From IMG/VR virus record IMGVR_UViG_3300009158_000031, positions 186,001 to 250,000 of that record: DNA of 64,000 nt; one strand, given 5' to 3'. The translations under genes were made by a program, and so were the position numbers. The notes under the pieces are model-generated. The model saw only the letters and a list, made by a program, of their open reading frames with translations, made no database searches and was not told the origin of the DNA. Positions 55,247-64,000 of this stretch are shown one piece after another. Within the stretch, counting starts at the first letter, position 1. Each line of letters starts with the position of its first letter.

Positions 55247-56011
55247 ATGAATATACTAATTAACTATGCTGCATTAGGAAGTAACTATGCAAGAAACCAA
55301 CCTAATGGAGGATATTTCGAATCTCAAAGAAGGAACACTCAAACTGGATTAGATGTTGGTGGATTTGATCGATGTATTAATTATGGATCTCATTCTTTAC
55401 CCGAAGATTTTTTTAACAAACACAAAGAACATTTTCAATATACTAGAGGAGCAGGATATTGGATTTGGAAACCTTATATAATTTTAGATGCATTATCTAA
55501 AATGGGACCTAATGATTTCTTAATGTATTCTGATTCAGGGTGTTATTTCATAGATAAAATAGATCCAGTAATAGATCTAGTAAATTCTACAAAATATGGT
55601 GTTGCTGTTTGTGAAATGCCTCATATAGAAAAATTTTGGACTAAACGAGATAGTTTTATCCAAATGAATTGTGATGAACCAGAATTTACCGACACTACTC
55701 AAAGATCCTCTTCGTTTTTCTTTTGTAGAAAGACAGAATTTGCTCATCATATTGCTAGTGAATGGTATCGTTGGATGTCTCATATTAATTTAGTAGCTGA
55801 TGAATTCGTTGCACCATCAAAGAAACCATGTTATCCTGAATTTATCGAACATCGACACGATCAATCTATTCTTAGTTTAGTTTGTAAATTAAATGGAGTT
55901 GAGGCAATACCTGATCTTGCTTCATTTGATGAAGGCGGTCATCCAGTGATAGATAATACATATAATAGAAAATTTCCTCAAGTAATTTTCCATAACCGAA
56001 CACAACATTAA
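55247..56011 (+). CDS. Glycosyltransferase-like protein
   Basis: RGAGYWIWKPYII, YSDSG, HRHDQSILS. Confidence 0.7.
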   Translation: MNILINYAALGSNYARNQPNGGYFESQRRNTQTGLDVGGFDRCINYGSHSLPEDFFNKHKEHFQYTRGAGYWIWKPYIILDALSKMGPNDFLMYSDSGCYFIDKIDPVIDLVNSTKYGVAVCEMPHIEKFWTKRDSFIQMNCDEPEFTDTTQRSSSFFFCRKTEFAHHIASEWYRWMSHINLVADEFVAPSKKPCYPEFIEHRHDQSILSLVCKLNGVEAIPDLASFDEGGHPVIDNTYNRKFPQVIFHNRTQH

Positions 56012-56013
56012 AT

Positions 56014-56694
56014 ATGAAAGCCACTAAAATTTTTACCGATACTATAAATGGTATTGATTTGTCTATAATTGATGAGGAAAATTCAGAAACTCCTATTTGT
56101 GTATTCCGAGAGCTAAAGGAAGATTTATTCTATGGAATATCTAATTTAGATATTAAACCTGAAGATACTATAATTGATGTAGGTGCAAATACCGGAATCT
56201 TTTCAATATATGCAAAAAAACTATATGGCTGCAAAATAATTGCATTCGAACCAGTTCCTGCAAATTTCGAGAATTTCAAAAAGAATATTGTTTTGAACGG
56301 ATTTTCCCTAGAAGATTTTGAAATACATCAGGTAGCAATAACCGGTAAAGATGGAGATATTATAAACATAGGAACTCCAACAAATAATAGCGGAGCATCT
56401 TCCACGTTTATTCAATCTGATTCAAGTCATTTTTCTATAGGTTATACATCTGAATGTGTTACCGAAACTTTAGGTAAATATATCAATTCTACCTGTGTTT
56501 ATTTAAAAATGGATTGTGAAGGAGGAGAATATGATATTATTCCGACAATCCTAGACAAGCTGAATTTCTTTAAATGGATTGGTGCCGAAATTCATATATA
56601 CAATCCTAATCAAGATCCAGGAGGATTAATAAACTTGATTAATACAAATTTCAATGGTAAATTATTCTACGGAGTAATTATACCTGGACAATAA
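56014..56694 (+). CDS. FkbM-family methyltransferase
   Basis: IDVGANTG, AFEP, LKMDCEGGE, EIH. Confidence 0.9.
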   Translation: MKATKIFTDTINGIDLSIIDEENSETPICVFRELKEDLFYGISNLDIKPEDTIIDVGANTGIFSIYAKKLYGCKIIAFEPVPANFENFKKNIVLNGFSLEDFEIHQVAITGKDGDIINIGTPTNNSGASSTFIQSDSSHFSIGYTSECVTETLGKYINSTCVYLKMDCEGGEYDIIPTILDKLNFFKWIGAEIHIYNPNQDPGGLINLINTNFNGKLFYGVIIPGQ

Positions 56695-56710
56695 TTTAAT
56701 AAACCTCAAT

Positions 56711-58288
56711 ATGCCAGAAATTACTGCTCAAAAGACATTAGTTATATATGGATCTCATGATGCATCCGTTACCTTCATAGATAAAAATAATGAACTTCGA
56801 GTTTTTGAATATGAAAGATTTGTTAAACGAAGATATTCTATGCTTTCTTCATCTTTCGATTCTCGAGAATATCTAGGATCTAATGAAGATGAGCGTAAAC
56901 AATTCTTTACCTTAATAAAAGAGAATTTAGCAGATCCAGAAATAACAAATATCTTCTATTTAGAACTAGATGGAAAAGATCTAGATTTCATTCGAGGATT
57001 TTTTCCTTTAGCACAATTCTCTACATTCCCTCATCATTTAGCACACGCAAATGGAGCTTATCATCTATCCAAATTTGATAATGCTCTAATTTTTTCAGTT
57101 GATGGAGGTGGAATAGATTACGAAGCAGTAAGTACAATTAATGTTTATCTAGCAAATCACGGAGAGATATCCGGCATACATAAAACATCTATTGATTATG
57201 GAAGAGCCTATCAATCGATTGGTGATGTGTTATCTGATATAAGGAAAGATTCTACTCATATGACATATGCTGGTAAAATCATGGGTCTGTGTGCATATGG
57301 AAAAATTAGAGAAGAATGGTTACATCATTCAATAGAGTATTTTACGAGCGGTGCCGGTGCTGGATTAGAATCATATATCAGTAATCTTGGTCTTCCTCAA
57401 GGAGATCTATCCGGAAATGATGCATGGGATTTAGCCGCAACGCATCAGAAAGCTTTTGAAATGGTAATGATGGACTTGATAAAGACCTATTATAATGTTT
57501 ATCCAATGGATATTGTTTTAACTGGTGGATGTGCTTTAAATGTTTTATTCAATCAAAAAATATCAATGGATATCGCTGCAAGAAATCACTCAGTTTTCGT
57601 TCCGCCAAATCCCAATGACTGTGGTTTAACTCATGGATGGTTCCTTCATTTATTTCCTGAATATAAAAATCAAGAATCCGTGTATTCCGGCATGCATATC
57701 TTAGATGAGCTAGAATTAGGAAAATATCTAAACGAATATACTCATGAAGAAGCAACCATTGAAAGGCTAACGGATCTTCTTCTCGAAGGTAAGATTTTAG
57801 GATTCATTACAAACAATTCAGAAATTGGTCCTAGAGCTTTAGGCAATCGAAGTATTGTTTGTTATCCAGCATTCGAAGGAATGAAGGATACTCTAAACGC
57901 AAAGGTTAAATTTAGAGAATGGTATCGACCTTTTGCACCAGTATGTAAAATGGAAGATATGCATACATTTTTTGATGATGCTATCGAATCTCCATACATG
58001 AGTTATGCGCCAATAGTTAAAACTGAATACATCAAAGATCTTTCTGCAATCGTTCATGTTGATAATACTGCTAGATTGCAAACCGTAACTTCAGAAAGTC
58101 ATGAAAGATTTTACGATATCTTAACTGAAATAAATTCAAGATCAAAAATACCGGTAATCCTAAATACATCTTTTAACATTAGAGGAAATCCAATCTTAAC
58201 CACATATGAGGATGCATTCTATGTATTAGATACCACTCAATTAGATTGTGTCGTTACTGAGAATTACATATTCTATAAAAAATCATAG
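56711..58288 (+). CDS. Carbamoyltransferase (NodU/CmcH family)
   Basis: HDAS, HHLAHA, DGGG, GKIMGL, GGCALN, EIGPRALGNRS, KFREWYRPFAP, LNTSFN. Confidence 0.92.
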   Translation: MPEITAQKTLVIYGSHDASVTFIDKNNELRVFEYERFVKRRYSMLSSSFDSREYLGSNEDERKQFFTLIKENLADPEITNIFYLELDGKDLDFIRGFFPLAQFSTFPHHLAHANGAYHLSKFDNALIFSVDGGGIDYEAVSTINVYLANHGEISGIHKTSIDYGRAYQSIGDVLSDIRKDSTHMTYAGKIMGLCAYGKIREEWLHHSIEYFTSGAGAGLESYISNLGLPQGDLSGNDAWDLAATHQKAFEMVMMDLIKTYYNVYPMDIVLTGGCALNVLFNQKISMDIAARNHSVFVPPNPNDCGLTHGWFLHLFPEYKNQESVYSGMHILDELELGKYLNEYTHEEATIERLTDLLLEGKILGFITNNSEIGPRALGNRSIVCYPAFEGMKDTLNAKVKFREWYRPFAPVCKMEDMHTFFDDAIESPYMSYAPIVKTEYIKDLSAIVHVDNTARLQTVTSESHERFYDILTEINSRSKIPVILNTSFNIRGNPILTTYEDAFYVLDTTQLDCVVTENYIFYKKS

Positions 58289-58290
58289 CA

Positions 58291-59184
58291 ATGGATTTTG
58301 ACTTAATACACATAACTGAAACAACTGGTGAAAATCCAATTAATCCAATAGATGGAATATATCTGTCATTGAGAAGTGACTTGAAAGATGCTGATATAAC
58401 AACCATAATACCATCAAAGGGTAGACATGGACAATTAAGAGCAACGATCGATTCGTTAAGAGATTCGGTTGCAATTACTTCTGATTATAAGGTGTCTATT
58501 ATTGTAGTTGAGATATCTGTTAATATGGAACATCTTAATATTTGTAGAGAAAAATCATGTTCATATATTTGGATAAAGGAAAATTCTCCAAGATTCAATA
58601 AATGCTTAGCTCATAATATAGGCTATTGTTTTTCGGATTCAACGATTTTACATTTTCATGATTCAGATATATTAGTTAATGATTCATTTTACTCGAATAT
58701 CAAAAATCGTAAAATTGATTCTATTAGTGCAGTTCATTGTTTACGAGAAAGATGCGTTAGATCTATGAGCGAAGGAGATGCTAATAGAATTATGGTTGAT
58801 GGAGCACATATCAAAGATGTTATTAGCGAAACAAATCCTCCTATGCCAGAAGAATTTCAAAGAAAAGCTCCTGGAGGATCAATAATCGTAGGAAGATCTT
58901 TGTTTGAATTAATCGGTGGTTTTGATTCGCATTTATTCGATGGATATTCCGTAGAAGATCAATTCTTCTGGGATAAACTTTCATCAATCGTAGAAATCCC
59001 TTCAATGAATGAAAATGATCTAGTACATATTTGGCATGAGGCAGAAAGATCTCATAATAATCAAGATCACATGATTCCGATACAGGCTTTTAAAAATCTA
59101 GAAGCTAGGGGAAAATACTTTGCCGCGGCCAAGAAACTTCTCTTTAAATTAAAATCTAAGGTGAATGAACTTCAAGGACTTTAA
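58291..59184 (+). CDS. Glycosyltransferase (GT2/GT7-like)
   Basis: IIP, FNKC...NIG, FHDSD, GGFD..F.GYSVED, HIWH. Confidence 0.8.
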   Translation: MDFDLIHITETTGENPINPIDGIYLSLRSDLKDADITTIIPSKGRHGQLRATIDSLRDSVAITSDYKVSIIVVEISVNMEHLNICREKSCSYIWIKENSPRFNKCLAHNIGYCFSDSTILHFHDSDILVNDSFYSNIKNRKIDSISAVHCLRERCVRSMSEGDANRIMVDGAHIKDVISETNPPMPEEFQRKAPGGSIIVGRSLFELIGGFDSHLFDGYSVEDQFFWDKLSSIVEIPSMNENDLVHIWHEAERSHNNQDHMIPIQAFKNLEARGKYFAAAKKLLFKLKSKVNELQGL

Positions 59185-59767
59185 TATTTATTGCATATCA
59201 CTTAAGCGTAGAGAAGATCGTAGATCTTCCATCAAAAATCATCTAAATTCTCTAGGAATCGAATTCGAATTTGTGGATGCCATCGATTCACGAGATATTG
59301 AAGGAGAATTCACAATACCTAAAGGAGCTATCGGTTGTAATTTATCTCATCTAAAAATCTACAAACAGATTATAGGATCCGATAAGCCTGTACTTATTTT
59401 AGAAGACGATGTTGAATTTTCTTCGGATGTTATCGATAAAATAAGAGACATTCAAATCCCTGAAGATTGGGCTCTTCTCTATTTTGGAGGAAATCACAAT
59501 GAACAAGAATTAGATATGATTGATTCTAATCTACATCGTCTAAAGAAAACCTTTACCACTCATTGCTTTGCAATCAATCCTAAAATCATAGCAGAAATAA
59601 TAGAGAAGTTTTCTCTCTGTTACGATCGATTTGTTATTGATGAATTTCTAGCATATGAGATACAAACCAAATACCCTTGCTATGGAATTCATCCTCATTT
59701 AGCTTGGCAAACTACTGGCTTCTCAGATATACAGAATGCTAATGTAGATTATGGCTTTCTAAAGTAA
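59165..59767 (+). CDS. Glycosyltransferase family 25
   Basis: ISLKRREDRR, GC.LSH, ILEDD, LLYFG. Confidence 0.88.
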   Translation: MNFKDFNIYCISLKRREDRRSSIKNHLNSLGIEFEFVDAIDSRDIEGEFTIPKGAIGCNLSHLKIYKQIIGSDKPVLILEDDVEFSSDVIDKIRDIQIPEDWALLYFGGNHNEQELDMIDSNLHRLKKTFTTHCFAINPKIIAEIIEKFSLCYDRFVIDEFLAYEIQTKYPCYGIHPHLAWQTTGFSDIQNANVDYGFLK

Positions 59768-59800
59768 TATGTCATTCATATAATTACTAAATCGTAATTA

Positions 59801-60781
59801 ATGAAAAAGGCTCTTATTACCGGGATCAACGGTCAAGATGGATCTTATCTCGCATCTTTTCTTTTAGATAAAGGGTATGAGGTATGGGGTACTCTTAAAC
59901 GTAATTCGGTTGCAGAAAATCAAACCGTTCGTATTGAACATATATTCGACAAATTAAATCTAGAGTATTGTGACGTTACGGATTTAGCTTCGATTATAAG
60001 CGTGGTTTCTAAAGTTCGACCGGATGAAATTTACCATTTGGCAGCGCAATCGCATGTTCGTATCTCATTCGATCAACCTATCTACACAGCAAATGCAACT
60101 GGTATTGCATCTCTAAATATTTTTGAAGCGGTTAGATTGATCGATCCAAAAATCAAAATTTATCAAGCATCATCTTCAGAGATGTTTGGAAATTCAATTG
60201 ATCCTGATGGATTTCAACGAGAAACAACTCCGCTAAATCCTGTATCACCTTATGGTTGTGCTAAAGTATTTGCATATAACATTGCAAGAAATTACCGAAA
60301 CTCATATGGAATGTTTATCTCTAATGGAATTCTATTTAATCATGAATCTCCTTTTAGAGGAACTAACTTTGTAACCAACAAAGTATGTAAGGAAGCCGTT
60401 AAAATTAAAATGGGATTATCAAACAAATTAAAATTAGGAAATTTAGATGCATCAAGAGATTGGGGCCACGCAAAAGATTATGTTAAAGCAATGTGGGCGA
60501 TTCTTCAAAATAACAAAGCAGACGATTTCGTTTTTGCTACCGGAATATCACATACAGTTAGAGATCTTGTGGAATATGTATTTGGAAGCCTTGATTTGGA
60601 CTGGAATCAATACGTTGAAGTCGATGAAAAATTCCTTCGTCCGGAAGAGTTACATCACCTCAAAGGCGATCCAACGAAAATTCAAAGCATAATTAAATGG
60701 GAGAAAGAGTATACATTTGAAACAATGTTAGATGAAATGATCGAGTACTGGGAAAATTATTATTCTCCAAAAAGCTTATAA
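59801..60781 (+). CDS. gmd: GDP-mannose 4,6-dehydratase
   Basis: ALITGINGQDGSYL, LAAQSHV, QASSSEMFG, SPYGCAK, FNHES, RDWGHAKDYV. Confidence 0.95.
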   Translation: MKKALITGINGQDGSYLASFLLDKGYEVWGTLKRNSVAENQTVRIEHIFDKLNLEYCDVTDLASIISVVSKVRPDEIYHLAAQSHVRISFDQPIYTANATGIASLNIFEAVRLIDPKIKIYQASSSEMFGNSIDPDGFQRETTPLNPVSPYGCAKVFAYNIARNYRNSYGMFISNGILFNHESPFRGTNFVTNKVCKEAVKIKMGLSNKLKLGNLDASRDWGHAKDYVKAMWAILQNNKADDFVFATGISHTVRDLVEYVFGSLDLDWNQYVEVDEKFLRPEELHHLKGDPTKIQSIIKWEKEYTFETMLDEMIEYWENYYSPKSL

Positions 60782-60801
60782 TAAATATAAATCTAAAAAT
60801 A

Positions 60802-61026
60802 ATGAGTTTTAATAAACGATACCTAAGCGAAGATTCTATTAGATCTCATGCAAAATCAAATCCAGATTCATTCCATTGGTTTGAAAGATACATGGTTTAT
60901 GCCGATGCATATATCATTGATACCACTAAAGGAGATTTTGCCGAAAAGATATACGAGAAATTCGGTGAAGGAAATGAAGAAGTAAGAAGAGAAATACACA
61001 GACAATTAGTAAATGACGAAATATGA
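60802..61026 (+). CDS. Hypothetical protein
   Basis: MSFNKRY N-terminal motif; ORF in operon. Confidence 0.55.
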   Translation: MSFNKRYLSEDSIRSHAKSNPDSFHWFERYMVYADAYIIDTTKGDFAEKIYEKFGEGNEEVRREIHRQLVNDEI

Positions 61027-61781
61027 AAATAACAAAACCTATCGTATTCTTCGATATCGAATCAACCGGAATTAATACTACCCGTGATCGTATTGTAGAA
61101 TTACAAATGATTAAAGTTACTGCCAATGGTGAAGAGGAATGGTATTCTAAATTCAATCCTCATCCAGTAGTAATTTCTGATGAAGCTGCATCTGTTCATG
61201 GTATCTCAAATGAAGATGTTATGGATGCTCCTAAATTCGAAGAACGAGCAAAAGATATTTTAGCCTTTATTGAAGGTTGTGATTTAGCTGGATATAACAT
61301 TCAGAATTTTGACATTCCTATGTTATTCGAAGAATTTTGTAGAGCTAATACTTTATTCGATTGGAAGAAACATCGTCTTCTAGATTCATATGCACTTTGG
61401 ACTTATTTCGAACCTCGAACTTTGACTGGTGCAGTTGAACGTTTTCTCGGTGAGAAATTTGAAAATGCTCACTCTGCAAAATGGGACGTGGATGCAACTA
61501 AACGAGTATTCTTTAAACAAATGGAAACTTACAAATTTACTGAATCGGATTTCGACGACGTTATTGAAAAATCTAAAAAAGACAATCGAATAGATTTGAC
61601 CGGTAAATTCGTTAAGAAAGATAATAACGTATTCTATGGATTTGGTAAATATAATGGAAAATCCGTAATGGAAATTAATAAAGTAGATCCAGGATATCTT
61701 GATTGGATTGCCAATAAATCTGAGTTATCTATGGATTGTAAAATGATTGCTAAAAAATTAATCACTCACATAAACAAATAA
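61023..61781 (+). CDS. dnaQ: DNA polymerase III epsilon-like 3'-5' exonuclease
   Basis: FFDIESTG, VHGIS, GYN..FD, AHSA..D, C-terminal FGKY.G...DPGY..W. Confidence 0.85.
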   Translation: MKITKPIVFFDIESTGINTTRDRIVELQMIKVTANGEEEWYSKFNPHPVVISDEAASVHGISNEDVMDAPKFEERAKDILAFIEGCDLAGYNIQNFDIPMLFEEFCRANTLFDWKKHRLLDSYALWTYFEPRTLTGAVERFLGEKFENAHSAKWDVDATKRVFFKQMETYKFTESDFDDVIEKSKKDNRIDLTGKFVKKDNNVFYGFGKYNGKSVMEINKVDPGYLDWIANKSELSMDCKMIAKKLITHINK

Positions 61782-61782
61782 T

Positions 61783-62148
61783 ATGGAAGATATACAATTA
61801 TCAAAATCCTTTTCAGATGATGGAAATACTCCTAATGCATCTAAAGCTCTTAGCTCATACTTGAGTATATGGGTTACCAGTGAACCAATTGGAATTAAAA
61901 TTATTCCTTCAGGTTGGACCGATCCTAGAATGTATCATGTTCTAGTTGAATGGGGTGATACAAACGAAACGGATTATCATTTTCTAGATGCGGATCAAAT
62001 CAAAGAACAAATGGGTATTGATATATCCGAAAATGATTTTGTTTCGTATATAGTAACAAATGATGAGCTATTAGAAAACTCAAATGATTATGACTTAGGA
62101 TCGAAAATTAGAAGCACTCTATATAAAAATGATAAAACCGGTAAATAA
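61783..62148 (+). CDS. Hypothetical protein
   Basis: ORF in operon. Confidence 0.55.
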   Translation: MEDIQLSKSFSDDGNTPNASKALSSYLSIWVTSEPIGIKIIPSGWTDPRMYHVLVEWGDTNETDYHFLDADQIKEQMGIDISENDFVSYIVTNDELLENSNDYDLGSKIRSTLYKNDKTGK

Positions 62149-63202
62149 TATAAGACGTAGCATTGAACTCACTAATCTCTATGATATGGGTGAAAAAATG
62201 TGGTGGAAAGATAATGACCATATGTTTTCCAATTGGAGACGTAAGAATTTCATAGTAAATGAAAAGGTCTGGAATGATTGGGTAGATAAAAATGTCGATA
62301 TTGAATGTTGTGAATTGAAGACTCGTGATGTCGTAGAGAATTATGCCGGTAGAACTAAAACCGTAAATTCTACAATTTTTACATGTGGAGTTTCTACTCC
62401 AAGTGAAGGTGAAATCGAAATTGAATATGTTCATCTTCGTTGGGATTTGAAGAGAGGAAACGATGCAGTTAAGAAAATGATTACGGAAATAGAAGATATG
62501 TGTATTATACACAAAGAAAAATCTTCTGTTCAATTGCTAGTTAAAGATAATGGAGATCTTGATCTTCGAGCTTTTGAAATTCATAAACCGAATATCGATC
62601 TAAAAATGAATTATGATGATGAATGGAATGATAAACATAATTATCTCATGAATCAACTTAACATGAAGGAAAAAAAAGGAATTGTTCTTCTTCATGGACA
62701 TCCTGGAACTGGAAAGACAATGTATATTCGACACCTTATTTCTTTGTTATCTGAAAAGAGAACCGTCATATATCTTCCTAATCAGCTAATCGATTCATTA
62801 ACAGATCCTTCATTTATTCCTTTGTTATCTGATTATAGTGGATCTATTATAATTATTGAAGATGCCGATGAAGCTATTCGATCTAGAAAAACTGGTGGTG
62901 CATCAGTTGATAAATTACTTAATCTAGCCGATGGTATACTTTCAGATTTTCTAGGCATTCAATTTATCTGTACATTTAATTGCCCTATTACTACAATCGA
63001 TGATGCTCTACTTCGTAAAGGTCGCCTAATCTTCCGACATGAATTTGATAAACTTCCAATCGCGAAAGCTCAGGCATTAAGCGATCATTTAGGTTTTGAT
63101 ACTAAAATTGACAAAGCCATGACACTTGCCGAAATCTATAATCAAGAGAAGAAATTTAGCGAAGAAGATAAATTAGATAAAAAACGAATAGGCTTTTATT
63201 AA
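62129..63202 (+). CDS. AAA+ ATPase
   Basis: LLHGHPGTGKT, IIIEDAD, LLNLADG, DDALLRKGRL. Confidence 0.9.
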   Translation: MIKPVNNIRRSIELTNLYDMGEKMWWKDNDHMFSNWRRKNFIVNEKVWNDWVDKNVDIECCELKTRDVVENYAGRTKTVNSTIFTCGVSTPSEGEIEIEYVHLRWDLKRGNDAVKKMITEIEDMCIIHKEKSSVQLLVKDNGDLDLRAFEIHKPNIDLKMNYDDEWNDKHNYLMNQLNMKEKKGIVLLHGHPGTGKTMYIRHLISLLSEKRTVIYLPNQLIDSLTDPSFIPLLSDYSGSIIIIEDADEAIRSRKTGGASVDKLLNLADGILSDFLGIQFICTFNCPITTIDDALLRKGRLIFRHEFDKLPIAKAQALSDHLGFDTKIDKAMTLAEIYNQEKKFSEEDKLDKKRIGFY

Positions 63203-63203
63203 T

Positions 63204-63265
63204 TGTTAATAACTTTTTGTCAATAAAGTTTTTTATTCCACAAATTTTTATTATATTTGTTATAT
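63204..63265 (+). promoter_or_regulatory. Early-type promoter with DnaA-box-like element
   Basis: TGTTAATAACTTT...TTTTTTATTCCAC...TATTATATTTGTTATAT. Confidence 0.75.
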
Positions 63266-63284
63266 CAAATTAATTAATACATCT

Positions 63285-63611
63285 ATGGAAAATCAAAAAA
63301 CTTTTATTGATGGTAGAATTCCATCTAACCATCCTGATCTAGAAATTCTTGCCAAGAATTGCGAATGTGAAAATTTCTTAAGATCTTCAATGGGAAATTA
63401 TGAAACTCATAGTTACGAAGGACATTACTTCCGAGTAAACTATCTTCGAGATTGGTCAAACGATTCGGTTGAAGGACTTAAAAATTCCTTTGCAAAAACT
63501 AACGAACAAACTTCTGAATATCGTTTCGAATTACTTCATGTATCTGATTGGGAATCCGATGATGATCGATATTGGGAAGCTTCATTTACATTTTTAGCGC
63601 ATATAAAATAA
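63285..63611 (+). CDS. Hypothetical early protein
   Basis: First ORF after promoter. Confidence 0.6.
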   Translation: MENQKTFIDGRIPSNHPDLEILAKNCECENFLRSSMGNYETHSYEGHYFRVNYLRDWSNDSVEGLKNSFAKTNEQTSEYRFELLHVSDWESDDDRYWEASFTFLAHIK

Positions 63612-63614
63612 AAT

Positions 63615-64000
63615 ATGGAAATTCATAAACGAATAGGTTATTGTTGTATTAATCTCGAGCTACAAGGTAGTGAAGGAATTTCTACCAATCGTCACATGAT
63701 TAAGAAAACGTTTGAAGCTCAACGTTCAACTCTCGAAGGTGTATCAAAACTTGCTCTTGCAAACGTACAAGATCTAGTAAAAATCATTCAATGGAATGAA
63801 CGTCGTGGTATCAAATTCTTTCGTATGTCTTCTAACATGTTTCCATGGATGTCTGAATATGAATTAACCGATCTACCAAATTGGCCAATTATCGAAAAGA
63901 CTCTTCTACTTGGTGGTACTCTTGCAACCAACTATGGTCAACGTTTAGAAATGCATCCCGGCCCTTTTAATGTTCTTGCATCTCTAAATGGTTTTGTTGT
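63615..64000 (+). CDS. uvsE: UV-damage endonuclease, 3'-truncated (not in ORF track)
   Basis: Translated by eye: RIGYCCIN...IKFFRMSSNMFPW...QRLEMHPGPFNVLAS. Confidence 0.9.
   Translation, partial: MEIHKRIGYCCINLELQGSEGISTNRHMIKKTFEAQRSTLEGVSKLALANVQDLVKIIQWNERRGIKFFRMSSNMFPWMSEYELTDLPNWPIIEKTLLLGGTLATNYGQRLEMHPGPFNVLASLNGFV

Noticed and set aside
10809-63265. TGTTAATAAC repeats or the CTAG region as a CRISPR array
   Set aside because: Copies are dispersed, promoter-associated or too short and irregular; no constant repeat-spacer period and no cas genes
1-64000. Minus-strand ORFs in the track (e.g. 4785..5180, 25233..25595, 42266..42619, 62108..62533)
   Set aside because: All shadow well-supported + strand genes and lack recognisable motifs
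1-64000. Stop-codon reassignment (common in some Bacteroidota phages)
   Set aside because: Genes are intact and densely packed in the standard code; TAG, TGA and TAA all end genes at sensible positions; no suppressor tRNA seen

Overview
AT-rich 64 kb segment of a large (jumbo-type, T4-superfamily-like) lytic bacteriophage, very probably infecting a Bacteroidota host. Host evidence: TAnnTTTG -7 promoter elements, A-rich translation starts without Shine-Dalgarno sequences, and a T9SS-type secreted protein. Essentially all genes are on the + strand in the standard code. No capsid, tail or replisome core genes are present. This is an accessory region with nucleotide metabolism (thyA, MazG, NUDIX), RNA repair (two RNA ligases), DNA repair (RadA-like, UvsE, photolyase-like, GIY-YIG), lysis enzymes (GH19 endolysin, SLT), many glycan-modification genes, two tRNAs and a tRNA-like RNA. 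The most striking pattern is a family of 12 otherwise unrelated proteins sharing an N-terminal tag MK-x-I-x-x-[YF]-x-x-[FW]-[LI]-N-E. It resembles the T4 capsid-targeting sequence plus prohead-protease site, and its cargo includes two nucleotidyltransferases, two ADP-ribosyltransferase-like proteins, a PD-(D/E)XK-like nuclease and a PAP2 phosphatase. A polyprotein punctuated by ESVNE sites fits the same system. Other highlights: 12 early-type promoters each carrying a DnaA-box-like TGTTAATAAC motif, together with a stand-alone DnaA domain-IV gene; an origin/terminus-like non-coding region with helically phased CTAG repeats; and several structured RNAs around the tRNAs. All functional calls come from motif recognition by eye; no searches were run.
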